A stretch of DNA of 64,000 bases from Schmidtea polychroa (GCA_044892525.1 CM097886.1:90892001-90956000), one strand, 5' to 3'; counted from the first letter of the stretch, positions 13,033 to 24,427 are shown. Notes: generated from the sequence alone by a model not told the origin. Numbers and translations are program-made.

Positions 13033-13641
13033 ATGCAGAAAATACACTATTTAAAAAGACTTTTTTAGAATTTTAAAGTAAATATTCCACGTTATGTCTC
13101 AAATATATTCTTCACAATCTTCAATCTGAGGACAAATGTCTTCGACATGCCTCGGATTTGTGACCTATTTCATTCAGATAAATACTTTAGATCATCTCAC
13201 CTTCTAGTCTGGCTTAGTTTGATTTCTTTTTTTCTTTTCTGAATATGACACTTTTCAGACTAAACTTATTTGCTTTTTTCATATTGGGTTAAATCAGGCA
13301 TGAGCAACTTGTTTTTGTTAGGGGCCAGTTCAGTCTTTGAAAATGTTTCGGGGGCCGGATGTATTTAATACGAATTTATTAATGTATATTCCAATAATAT
13401 ATCTTTTTAATAGCAAAGATCATTTAAATTTACATGATTAGGCATATATTATATATTATATACTATATACTAGTTGTTATTGGAAGGCAAAATATAAAAA
13501 CTATGAAAATACCCAAATTTAACTTTAATAATCCCATATTTATAGTTTATTTACTCGCACAAACTCTGGATTGTTCGAATTTATATTTTTTATGCTTCTC
13601 AAGTTTGCATATACTACTCAAATATACCCAACATATCAATA

Positions 13642-14005
13642 TCAATCTTGTTCTGGTTTTGGTCTGTGTGACATTTGACACTTCTTATCACGACATAAAT
13701 CTGAAATATTTGCCTTGATAGTTGCTGTTGCTACTCGTAATTCGTTTGACAAGTTATCATCAGTGAGCCGACATCTGTTTTTGCACTTTGTTTGTTTCAT
13801 CTTAGAAAAGAATTGTTCACAGATGTAAGTGCTGGGGAAAAGTGAGACCATTTTCAGCGCATGATATCGGATTGATGGAAACGCTTTCTGAGAAATGTAG
13901 AGTTTTTAGAATTGAATCAAAGAGACGTCACGAAACTTTCTTTTCAGATCGCCATTACACTGCAATTCAATGAGCTCCATTTGCATTGATTCTGGTGCTG
14001 TCTGT
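13642..14005 (-). pseudogene. C-terminal remnant of a SPIN/GTF2IRD2-like hAT transposase
   Basis: TAPESMQMELIELQC...SLFPSTYICEQFFSKMK...RLTDDNL, the dimerisation-domain region. One in-frame stop; the N-terminal three quarters are absent. Confidence 0.88.
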
Positions 14006-14040
14006 TTATTATTTATTATGCAATAATTACAATCTTTAAA

Positions 14041-14211
14041 TGTAGTCTGCAGTGAGCATGCAGCTACATCAATAATAATAATACTAATATTTTTATTCTA
14101 TACATATACTCTCTTTATAATATTATTTTAATAATTTAATATGTTTAGTTAGCATGCAACTAAAGACTCTTATTATATAAATATGTAGGTTACAGTGAGC
14201 ATGTAACTACA
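14041..14211 (+). repeat. Cluster of stem-loop motifs (loop core CAGTGAGCATG) upstream of PolB
   Basis: Copies at 14041-14068 and 14184-14211, plus a shortened copy at 14144-14164. The full copies are followed by (AAT)n. Confidence 0.8.
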
Positions 14212-14484
14212 GAAACAATAATAATAATAATAATAATAATAAAATCCCTATTATAGTTTACAAGACTTTATTAATATTTTACAATTATTAATATTTATTT
14301 CATTTTTATATTGTATTTAAATGAAACATATATCAATAATTGTAAAAGAACTAAATGATAAAAGAAATATAAATGATATATTAATTTCATGATTAATAAT
14401 AATTGATAAATATAATTAACAGGCAAATTTTATCTACATTACTGCCAGGCTTCAACTGGTCACTCAAATTTATGTCACAAAGGG

Positions 14485-17400
14485 ATGAAAAAATATTATG
14501 GTCGTAAATTTTATGGCATCAAGTACTATATATGCCCAATATGCGAGACTTCCCATAGCATTAAATATTTAGAGTTTTACAGTATACATAAATCCCATTT
14601 AAATCAGTTCTCTTTAAATAAAAAGGATTTATTTAACAAACTACGAAATACTGCAAAACCTATAATTAAAACTAATGTAAATAATACAAAACCTGTAAAT
14701 AATATTACAAAACATGTAAATAATATTACAAAACCTGTAATTAAAACTAATACAAAACATGTAAATAATATTACAAAACCTCTAATTAATAATGTTATTA
14801 ATGTAAATAATAATTTAAAAAGACCTGCTGTTAGTATTGGGTCTGATGCTCCCTCTAAAATTAATAAATTAGAACAAATAACTGTGGTTAATAATATTCA
14901 AGTAGGCGGTTCAGTCGATATTGACGATGAACCTGAAATCGAAATTGATTTTAAGGGGGTTCGAAAGAATCTAAGATTTAATGTAGAAAAGGATAACATC
15001 GTTCAAATAACCATAACCGATAAAATCGTTAATAAGTTAAAACATGAAATAAACAGAATGGGGTCGGTGAAAATACAATTCTCTGTATTGATTCAATTTG
15101 AAAAAGATGGTGAAATTAAAGATAATTTCTTCTCGAATAGGGCAGAGGCTTTTTCAGATAGTTTTCTAAGTGAGGGGGTTCACAAATTAAATAATAAAAT
15201 AGAAAAATTCACATATTTGGGTAGTGGATGGCGGGTTGTTAAAATCAAAGAAATAGATTTTATATTAACAAAATTTACACATATGAATAGGCTAGCTGGA
15301 CTTAGTTACATCCCCACCCCATCAGCTTTAAAATCTAAAAATGCAATAGTAAACGTTAAAAACACCGATGATATATGCTTTATATATAGTATTTTAGCAC
15401 TTTTAAAACGTAATATTATACATAGACATAGGAACCGTGTTAGTTCCTATGAAAATTATCTCAACGAGTTAAATTTTGACCCCATTTCCGACTGTCCAAT
15501 GAAACTATGTGATATTCCTAAATTCGAGATGAAAAATAAGGATTTAAATTTAGCAATAAATGTTTTAACTTATAGAACGACCCCTGCTAAGCCTTTTGAA
15601 AATATAGTTGACGATAATTATATTCCACATCATCCTCAATTAGATATTATTCACCGATCTAAGGTTATATGTGGTGAACCCATATATTTACTTTTATTGG
15701 AAGACGGAGATAATTTCCATTATACCGCCGTTTTCAATTTGCAAAAATTAATGAACTCGCACCGTAGTAGCTCTTGTAGTGTTCAAATTTGTGTAAACTC
15801 GTGTCCCCATTGTCTTAACGGATTTCGACTTAAAAATGCATTTGATATTCACGTTGCCTTATGCATTAAAAACCAGATAGGTACTACTTTATATACCCTA
15901 CCTAAAGATAAAAATTTAATTTTTCAAAATTATGCGAAAACCATAACCCCGCCATTCGTGATATATGCAGACTTTGAATCAATTTTACCGGGGGATATAA
16001 TACACCATCAAAAGCATTTGCCAATAACAGCAGGTTTATTATTAATAAATAATTATAATAACTCTAAATTTTATTATGAGTTTGTTGGGGATGATTGCAT
16101 CTTATCTTTCTTGCGTAAGGTGGAGGAAATTGCTATGACAATTGTCCTGCCATATTACGAAATTAATGGGAAAAAGCCCATGCAAACCTTGTCTTTCGCT
16201 GAAGAGCGGGCCTTTCGTGATTCCAGAACCTGCTACCTTTGTAAAAAATTCATTAGAAATAGAGTTAGGGATCATTGTCACTTTTCGGGTAAATATCTTG
16301 GTGCTGCCTGTAGGAAATGTAATGTTTCTCGACGAATTCAGAAACAGTTACCTGTGGTTTTTCATAATTTGAGGGGGTATGATCTTCATCATATTTTGAA
16401 GTATGGTTTGAATAATTTTCCTTCTTGGGAATTAAATATTATTCCGACCACTACTGAGAAATTCATCTCTCTTATCGCGTACATTAACAAATTGTCTGTT
16501 CGTTTTATTGACAGCATGCAGTTTGTTAATTCATCTTTAGCAAAAGCGGTTAAGACTCTTTCCGATCTGCCTTTAACTTCTTCTGTTTTCGATGGCGCAA
16601 TTGTTCGAGCCAAAGGTATCTTTCCTTATGACTTTGCCACATCTCTTGAGGTTCTGGAATCGACTCTTGAATTGCCACCTATTTGGGATTCTGTGTCTAA
16701 TGATGAATATGCATTAGCTCAAGTTATTTGGACTCAGCAAAACTGCAATAACATGTTAGATTACATGTTAACTTACCTTAAATTAGACGTGTTTCTCCTC
16801 GCAGACTATTTCCAACAATTCCGTGCAAAGGCCATTGCTTATAATGGTCTTGAGCCTCTTAATTTCTATGGCATTCCCGGTATGTCATGGGCCTCTGCGC
16901 TTATGACATTAACGGAACCCATTGAACTTTTGCAGGACATGGAAATGTTTAATTTCTATGAAGGAGGGATACGGGGTGGGTTAACATTTGTTAACAAACA
17001 TTATGTTGCAAGTTCTGAAGACACAGAACTCTTGTATATTGATATTAATAACTTGTATGGTTGGGCCTTAAGCCAAAATCTGCCTTATGCTGACTTTGTT
17101 TGGGTGTATGATGATCTTGATTCTGTCTTGAATGAATGTATGAATGCTGATATCGATAACCTTCCATATGGTTATACTATGGAGGTAGATATCGATATAC
17201 CTGATTGTTTGCATGACTTTCTGAATGATTTTCCTCTTGCTCCGGAAAAGATGTGCCCGCCAAATTCTAAAGTTGAGAAGCTGATGCTCACGCATTGGCC
17301 GAAGAAGAACCATGTTCTTCATTGGCGACTTCTCAAGTTGTATATAGAATTGGGGGCTATTATTAAAAATGTACATAGAGCAATCAAATTTAAGCATGCA

Positions 17401-18465
17401 CCCATTTTTAAATCGTACATAGACAAAAACACTAATTTGAGAGCCAATTCTACATGTGAGCTGCACAGAGATCTATACAAATTATTTAATAATAGTCTGT
17501 ATGGGAAATCCGTAGAAAACCTTAAAAAACGGATGAATTTGAGGTTATGCAATTCAGCTGAAAAGATGATTGTATATGCTTCAAAGCCGACTTTCAAGAA
17601 ATCTATCAAAATTGATGATGACTTGATTGCTGCACATCTCAATAAGGATTCTATATGTTTAGACAGGCCTAGTTACATTGGCCAAACGGTGCTAGACCTG
17701 TCTAAACTGAGGATGTACCAGTTACAGTATAAAGAATTGGCTAAATATAGAAATGAATTTAAATGTGAGATAAATATCGTTGCCGGCGATACTGACTCCT
17801 TTTTTCTTGAGGTTAGGCACTGTAAGCTTGACACTCTTTTGCCGGCAATGATTCGTGACAATCTTTTAGACACTTCCAACTATGACCCTGCACATCCCTT
17901 ATACTCTAGAGACCTTGATTCGGTGATAGGTAAATTTAAAGATGAAAGTAAAGGTCTAGGGTATAAGGAATGGGTTTTCTTAAGACCCAAGTGCTATAGT
18001 TTATTAGGGGCTAAAGATCATTTAAAAGCAAAAGGAGTCAGGTTAATAGGTACAGAAATTAGGCACGATTCATATTTAGAATGCTACAATAACGACGTAG
18101 TATTTTCTGTGCCACAAAGTAAGATAGGGACGCGGAACCATCAATTGTACACATTTAAAAACAATAAAATCGCGTTGACAAACAACGACGACAAGCGGTT
18201 TTGGGTGGGGAAAAATTTCAGTCTCGCATTTGGTCATTATTTAGCACTAGATGATATAAATGATGATCAAATATTTGAAGAAGTTGGGCCACTATTCGGA
18301 GGATTAAGTCCAGATTTTGTTTCTGGTGATGAGGAAGTGGGTCCACTTTTCAATGGTTTAAGTCCAGATTTCGATTCTGGTGATGATCCTAATGATGAAA
18401 TTGATATTGACGATGTACAATTGAGTGACGAAATTGATATTGATGATGTACAATTGAGTGATTAA
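14485..18465 (+). CDS. Polinton/Maverick (adintovirus-type) protein-primed family B DNA polymerase, intact
   Basis: 1326-aa uninterrupted ORF. Exo motifs YADFES, FHNLRGYD and YLKLDV. Endonuclease VII-like insert RDHCHFSGKYLGAAC. Pol motifs YIDINNLYG, YKLFNNSLYGK and GDTDS. Confidence 0.96.
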   Translation: MKKYYGRKFYGIKYYICPICETSHSIKYLEFYSIHKSHLNQFSLNKKDLFNKLRNTAKPIIKTNVNNTKPVNNITKHVNNITKPVIKTNTKHVNNITKPLINNVINVNNNLKRPAVSIGSDAPSKINKLEQITVVNNIQVGGSVDIDDEPEIEIDFKGVRKNLRFNVEKDNIVQITITDKIVNKLKHEINRMGSVKIQFSVLIQFEKDGEIKDNFFSNRAEAFSDSFLSEGVHKLNNKIEKFTYLGSGWRVVKIKEIDFILTKFTHMNRLAGLSYIPTPSALKSKNAIVNVKNTDDICFIYSILALLKRNIIHRHRNRVSSYENYLNELNFDPISDCPMKLCDIPKFEMKNKDLNLAINVLTYRTTPAKPFENIVDDNYIPHHPQLDIIHRSKVICGEPIYLLLLEDGDNFHYTAVFNLQKLMNSHRSSSCSVQICVNSCPHCLNGFRLKNAFDIHVALCIKNQIGTTLYTLPKDKNLIFQNYAKTITPPFVIYADFESILPGDIIHHQKHLPITAGLLLINNYNNSKFYYEFVGDDCILSFLRKVEEIAMTIVLPYYEINGKKPMQTLSFAEERAFRDSRTCYLCKKFIRNRVRDHCHFSGKYLGAACRKCNVSRRIQKQLPVVFHNLRGYDLHHILKYGLNNFPSWELNIIPTTTEKFISLIAYINKLSVRFIDSMQFVNSSLAKAVKTLSDLPLTSSVFDGAIVRAKGIFPYDFATSLEVLESTLELPPIWDSVSNDEYALAQVIWTQQNCNNMLDYMLTYLKLDVFLLADYFQQFRAKAIAYNGLEPLNFYGIPGMSWASALMTLTEPIELLQDMEMFNFYEGGIRGGLTFVNKHYVASSEDTELLYIDINNLYGWALSQNLPYADFVWVYDDLDSVLNECMNADIDNLPYGYTMEVDIDIPDCLHDFLNDFPLAPEKMCPPNSKVEKLMLTHWPKKNHVLHWRLLKLYIELGAIIKNVHRAIKFKHAPIFKSYIDKNTNLRANSTCELHRDLYKLFNNSLYGKSVENLKKRMNLRLCNSAEKMIVYASKPTFKKSIKIDDDLIAAHLNKDSICLDRPSYIGQTVLDLSKLRMYQLQYKELAKYRNEFKCEINIVAGDTDSFFLEVRHCKLDTLLPAMIRDNLLDTSNYDPAHPLYSRDLDSVIGKFKDESKGLGYKEWVFLRPKCYSLLGAKDHLKAKGVRLIGTEIRHDSYLECYNNDVVFSVPQSKIGTRNHQLYTFKNNKIALTNNDDKRFWVGKNFSLAFGHYLALDDINDDQIFEEVGPLFGGLSPDFVSGDEEVGPLFNGLSPDFDSGDDPNDEIDIDDVQLSDEIDIDDVQLSD

Positions 18466-18771
18466 GCGATTTTAATATCTTTTTTCTGTGATAAATTAAT
18501 ATAACTTTATAAAAACATTGATTTGTGTTGATTTTTATTAATGAAATGTTTTCGTATTTTTTTTCTATGGATAAAAATCATTATATTGTGTAATATTATT
18601 AAACATTCCTTAAGTGTTTAAACATAGAAAGTATATTAAAATTTTTTTATTATTGAAAACTAGTAATGTTGTCACTATGGATTAGGACTTTGTTTTGAGC
18701 CATTAAAAGAATTTAAATTTTTATAAAGTTTTATTATTTTTATTTAATTTGATAATACTGTTCATATTTAC

Positions 18772-18799
18772 TTTAGTTTGCAGTGAGCATGTAACTAAA
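18772..18799 (+). repeat. Third full copy of the CAGTGAGCATG stem-loop, downstream of PolB
   Basis: tttagtttgca-gtgagca-tgtaactaaa, followed by an A-run and (AAT)n. Confidence 0.8.
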
Positions 18800-18816
18800 T
18801 ATCGTTGAAAAAAAAA

Positions 18817-18941
18817 TAATAATAATAATAATAATAATAAAGTTTAATGGGTTGTGTGTGTGTAGTACCCTTGCGAGCAATACCCATAGGGGGACAGAAT
18901 ATCTTGTCGGATAGATTATATAAAATAATAATAATTATAAT

Positions 18942-19010
<69 letters not shown>
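18817..19010. repeat. (TAA)n microsatellites
   Basis: Directly visible. Further tracts at ~14216-14240, ~39867-39903 and ~40375-40446. Confidence 0.95.
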
Positions 19011-19014
<4 letters not shown>

Positions 19015-19049
19015 TAAATTAATATGTAATCGATAATTAAAACAAAGAT

Positions 19050-19992
19050 TATTAGTTCTAAAAATATTAGGCATCATTCTAAAATTAAGAGGCATCATTC
19101 TAAAAATATGACGTAATAGTTCTAAAAATATGAGGCATCGTTCTAAAAATAAGAGGCACCATTCTAAAAATATTAGACATCGATTACGTAATAGTTCTAA
19201 AAATATTAGGCATCATTCTAAAAATATTAGGCACCATTCTAAAAATATTAGACATCGATTACGTAATAGTTCTAAAAATATTAGACACCATTCTAAAAAT
19301 ATTTGGCATCGTTCTAAAAATATTACGTAATCATTTTGAAAATATTACGTAATTATTCTAAAAATATTAGGCATCGTTGGGTGAGTCATTGGGTGAGTCA
19401 TTCTCTTTGTTAATATTAATGATGATGATACCTTCAATAGCTCATTCGAAAGGTCTTGGACTGAGCTTTAAGATGAGGTATCGTCCAATAAATTCGGATA
19501 ATGGGAACATTAATTTTTGGGATGAAAAAAAGTAGGTCACCGCTGGACCAATTAATAATATTTTGAATAATAATAATAATTTAACGTTGAAAAGATGGTG
19601 GTCATCAATTGTTAATAACATTAAAACTATTAAAGATATATAAAATACCTATAGCTCATTCGAAAGGTCTTGGACCGAGCTTTAAGATGAGGTATCGTTC
19701 AATAAATTCAGATGATAGAAACATTACTTTTGGGAAGAAAAAAAGTAGGTCACCGCTGGACCAATTAATTTAAAAAAAATTACGTAATAGTTCTAAAAAT
19801 ATTAGGCATCGTTCTAAAAATATTAGGCATTGATTACGTAATAGTTCTAAAAATATGTGGCATCGTTCTAAAAAAAAATTTCCGGGGGGGGGGGTATATG
19901 TGGTCTGGCGGTGACATGGTCTGGCGGTGACATGGTCTGGCGGTGACATGGTCTGGCGGTGACATGGTCTGGCGGTGACATATCATACTACT
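19050..19992. repeat. Polinton terminal region: ~20-bp minisatellite, ~130-bp direct repeats, G run, 5 x 16-bp repeats, ACTACT terminus
   Basis: ttctaaaaatattaggcatc-type units (19050-19375 and 19790-19870). Duplicated block at ~19437 and ~19651. (TGGTCTGGCGGTGACA)x5 at 19901-19980. Ends ATACTACT at 19992, the reverse complement of AGTAGT, a typical Polinton terminus. Confidence 0.8.
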
Positions 19993-20409
19993 CACCAACG
20001 AACTTGGGATCATCTTCAGCCCTGCACAATTATACGCTCTACATGAAAGTTGGAAGTTTCCTTAATAGAATATAACTAAATACTTCACAGTGAGGTGTAA
20101 ATGTGGAGAGGTGACCGGAAGTTTACTGCTGCACCACCACGCTTATATTAAATGCGTATTTGTACTAATGGTGTAGCTCTAACGTCAACTGCATACATTC
20201 CTGAAAGCTTATCAAGGGCCTGGTTATATGGTGTGGATCAATGAACACTGGGGGCCGGTCAAAAGAGGCTCGCGGGCCGGATCCGGTCCGCGGGCCGTAT
20301 GTTGCTCATGCCTGGGTTAAATGCACATATTTTTCATTGGCAGTGCCGAATCACACCAATATACACCATCTATAATGGAGCATTTTCTAGCTTCGGTAAT
20401 GGTCTTTAA

Positions 20410-20644
20410 CACTCTCAGTGCCACAGAAAAACAGGCTTTTTTAACATGTTATTGCCAGACATATTCACCTGACAAGTTTATTTTAAAAAAGTCTCTGTCA
20501 GACAAATCGACCTGATACAGGTATGTTAAACGAAATTTAATAACTTTATTATAGGAATTAAGAAGGTGACAGAAAAATATTATGGTTGTGGTGCGAGCGG
20601 CAAAGCACTGTCAGTCAAAAATGACTGACATGGCACTGAGAGTG
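20410..20644. mobile_element. piggyBac-type MITE
   Basis: TIR CACTCTCAGTGCCA at both ends. TTAA TSD (20406-20409, 20645-20648). Confidence 0.88.
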
Positions 20645-22240
20645 TTAAGAACCAGCAGAATAATTAATAACTTTAAACAAATTTTATTTTTCATTTTTGA
20701 TTAATTTAATCATTTCAGAAGATTTGAAAAACGTTAAAACTTTCTTTTATAATATTATCACGACTTCAGATGCTCAAATTAAGTTCATGTTCTCTTTTTT
20801 ATATAAATTAAGTTTTACTATTTTTTTATGAGGATAAAAAAGGGAATGTACAGGGATTCTGAGAAGAGAGAAGGATAGATTTATATGTAATCAATGATGC
20901 GGAACGTGATAGTCTTGGTTCGGAGGTGACTTGGAGCAAACAGGCAGGGTAAACATTAAAGAGCACTATATCATATACGCCATTTGTCACACTTTTCATG
21001 TCCAAAACTTTGATAAACAGCTATATTGTGTGAACTTTATGGTATACTTTTTTAAAATTCAAATATTTTGTATGTGTCAATAAATTTTCAAAATATTTTT
21101 TATTAATCATCTTAAAACATTATTCTCTATAAGATTGTTTAATTTTCATTGATGAGGGTGCCAAGGCTGATATTCGTTTTGTCATACGGTCAGCAATATC
21201 AGGATACATTAACAAACCAATTATAAATAATATTTATTTTTTACTTCAATTACCGTTTGTATAGTTTAATTCCAATGATAATTCTCTAATTATTTTTATT
21301 AGAATGTACTATAAAGAAAAAAATAATTTTCCGTTGTTGATTTAGCCTCACAATTTAAACAAAATAAAAGTCTGTTGCATTAGCGTTAAATGTAAAATTA
21401 TAACGTATCTAATGTATCAAAATATTAGAGATTATTTATCCTGTTTTAATTATAATATAAACGTACTATTAAACGTACTATTATAAACTTCAATAAAAAG
21501 AACGCATGTTCGGCATTCTGATACTAACCTAGATATTTTCATTGAGCAAACAAAATAAAATTTGATAAATAAAACGATTTTTTATTTAAAAACGTTTAAA
21601 TCAAGAAATAAATTTTAGTGATTAATTTAAAATGTAATTAAATTTATAGAATGAAAAATTTTTTTTTTTAAATTTTTTTTCCACAATTTTGGTCCATTTA
21701 ACAGAAATAAATTTTATTGAAATTTAATAGTTTGATTCCGTTTTTATATGTATTCTACCAAATATGGGGCTGGACAGATTATCCAGCAGTCTAACTAAAC
21801 GGCTTCTATTGTATAACAATTTTTTAATGTAAAATATATTTTCTAACCTTCAAATATTAAAACAATTTGATTTTTAACTAACTCTATTTATTAACTTTAA
21901 TATTAAATTGATGTGATAAATTCAATGTTACAAAATAGGGACACCCTAAAATCTTCTCATCTTAACTCGACTAAAAAGTTTACTTCCCAAACATTTCTTA
22001 CAGCTCATAATCTTTAAATAAACATTTGACCTAAAAAGTTACATTAAAACAAAATTCCAATTAATCATGTCGACATAAGTTGGGAAAGAGAATAAATATA
22101 AAACAAATCATTGAACAAAGTCACTAATCATTTTACCCTATTGCAAATAACAATGTCAAAATAATATTTACTCAAATCAAACCCTGATAAATTAATCTTA
22201 CTTTTTGCGCTATTAAAAATAAACTCCAAACGACAAAAAA

Positions 22241-23350
22241 ATGGGATATTTTACATCGAGAAAGTTAAATTATTCATACAACGACTCCCCTTATGACATG
22301 TTATATTTGTGTGATCCCAATACTGAGAATATGGATATAAATTGTGCGATTAGTGAAATCCTAGGATTTGCATCGGGATATATTTTCCCATTCATTGGTT
22401 TCATTGGTGTCGTAAGCAATATTTATATTTCTTATATTTTTCTTTTAAGGTACCCCAAACGAACAAGACAGACGATTTTGTTATCATATTTGGCGTTATC
22501 TGACTTTTTGAACATTGTAGCATTCGGTTGGTTATGGATATTTCCTGCGAAAGGGTTACCGTTTATAACCAATGGAAACATTTACTTTTTTATTATAAAT
22601 CAATCAAGCGTCTCCTGTACAATTTTTCGAACTTTTTACTTTTATACATCAACGGTCACATTTGCTATTTTTCTTTTAGTTTGTCTCGACAGATGTTTCG
22701 CCATTTATTTTCCACTGAAATCGTTGCAAATCACAAACAAAATGGTATTCCTAACATGCTCGACCGTATTTCTTTTTTGTCTTCCTCTAACGGTTTTGTA
22801 TACGGGCTTCATTCGAACAATTTACGAACATCCGTATTTTTTCTGTACGATTGGAAATAAAAATAAAAGCCTGAATATGTTTTTGAATTTGTATCGGGTT
22901 TTGATCGTACATTCAGGAATTCTTTTCATTGTTGGAATAATCTTATCAAATCTTCTGTTGATCTTAAAATTGGTTCTTTTATCTAAAAAAAGTCTACTGC
23001 TGATTAAAACAAAATCCAATAATATTCAAAGGGAAATTCGTTCAACGATCACCATTCTAATTTTATCGCTCATTTTTCTCAGCGGATCCTTACCAAATAC
23101 TTGTCTTTTTATCATCATGAAATCATTACAAAATGACAGAAAGAAAAATCAGAACTATTTGCAATTTCTTTACTCTCTAACTGATATGAGCCTACAACTG
23201 CAGATTTGGATTGAGTCGTTCAATTTTCTGGTTTACGTTTTCAGAATGAAAAACTTCAGAGCATTGGTCTTTTCAAATTCCCCTAAAAACCTTTCTATAA
23301 CATCAACGGTAAAAAATAAAATCACTTTTCAATTATCAAATGTAAAATGA
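22241..23350 (+). CDS. Intronless class A (rhodopsin-family) GPCR, peptide-receptor/orphan type
   Basis: Seven hydrophobic segments. TM1 GVVSN, TM2 LALSD, TM3 CLDRCFAIYFP, TM6 SLP, TM7 NFLVY followed by FR. Confidence 0.9.
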   Translation: MGYFTSRKLNYSYNDSPYDMLYLCDPNTENMDINCAISEILGFASGYIFPFIGFIGVVSNIYISYIFLLRYPKRTRQTILLSYLALSDFLNIVAFGWLWIFPAKGLPFITNGNIYFFIINQSSVSCTIFRTFYFYTSTVTFAIFLLVCLDRCFAIYFPLKSLQITNKMVFLTCSTVFLFCLPLTVLYTGFIRTIYEHPYFFCTIGNKNKSLNMFLNLYRVLIVHSGILFIVGIILSNLLLILKLVLLSKKSLLLIKTKSNNIQREIRSTITILILSLIFLSGSLPNTCLFIIMKSLQNDRKKNQNYLQFLYSLTDMSLQLQIWIESFNFLVYVFRMKNFRALVFSNSPKNLSITSTVKNKITFQLSNVK

Positions 23351-24427
23351 AATATTTTCATGTTAGCATTTTAATTGTATCATATGACTTTATAAAATAA
23401 AAAATAAATGATTGGAATTATTTCACTTGAATGAATGTTATCGGTTAACCTACGCTGATGATACACCATTTGCATATTGAATCTGATATATGGAGATAAT
23501 TTGTACGACATTTTTGTAGTTTTATACTGACATTACACTAACATGTAAATAACTTAAAAGTGTTTGCAATTTTGTTTGGGTAGAATTAGATCCGTAATTA
23601 TTAGTTCAGCGAATCTGACTGTATGCCACTAACAAGTGTGTGTATGTGTGTGCCTGCATCAGGTACCGTAAACATTTTTTGAATATAATAGAATGAATTT
23701 AGAAATGGTGACAACACTGATTTCGGAGAAAATGGGGTAGATAAATTAATTATTGGTAACCATCTTCGACAAAATGATATGGTTGAATAGATACGCGGAT
23801 TAAGAATAAATTAACCAAAATAAACAAAGTTAAACGACAGACAATTTGTATAAATATTGAAGATCATTTCATGTGATCGCAGATGAAGTAAGTATGATAA
23901 TTATCATACAAATAATTATACAAATTGTCTATCCTTGAAATTTGTTTATTTTGATTATAATCCAAGATACTATCATCAAAATATAGATATTCCACGAACT
24001 ATCTTTCATCATTGAAATGATTATTTAGTGTCTGAAAGTCTAGAACTGAAAATGTTCATAGAAAATTTTACAAAACTCTCGAAACAATAGATCCAGAGTA
24101 GTTTTTGCAATATCCTTGAAGTTGTTCCACAACCAATCTAAAGAAAGAACTGTTCATTATGATTATTTAACTACCATATAATAATGTATGACTCGGCTAT
24201 AAAACATTACATAAAACATCCTTCTAACTGACTACAACTTATTCTTATTTCAGAAAATATTAATTTAACAAGAAATTGTATCATTTGGAAAAATGTCGCA
24301 AAAGCCTTTCTTGACATCATGAAATAACATGTCCAAATCAAAAGATCAGTGAAAACAATTTGAAAAGTTGGCTGAAGCTAATGACAGTTATTTAAAAAAA
24401 TAAAACTTTCGTTGATTAAAATAAATA

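Larger units (their letters stand above)
13295..20314 (-). mobile_element. Non-autonomous hAT (SPIN/Charlie-like) enclosing a Polinton PolB segment
   Basis: Perfect 14-bp TIR CAGGCATGAGCAAC. Perfect 8-bp TSD GGTTAAAT (13287-13294, 20315-20322). GGGCCG-rich subtermini. Confidence 0.93.

Noticed and set aside
14041-14068. CAGTGA loop as an iron-responsive element
   Set aside because: The five bases either side of CAGTGN do not pair and there is no bulged C. The real stem closes a different 7-nt loop.
16142-17879. Short alternative-frame and antisense ORFs overlapping PolB, the RTK and the pol genes
   Set aside because: Shadows of long coding sequences with no independent motifs.
18916-19330. 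ORFs 18916-19098 (poly-Tyr) and 19130-19330
   Set aside because: Translations of a (TAA)n microsatellite and a minisatellite.
20323-20660. Cys/Trp-containing minus-strand exon reconstructed after removing the piggyBac MITE
   Set aside because: Only ~30 codons, with no convincing splice sites or homology.
24040-24400. Possible MULE transposase remnant (also 51850-52430)
   Set aside because: Only vague resemblance, many stops, and no TIR or TSD found.
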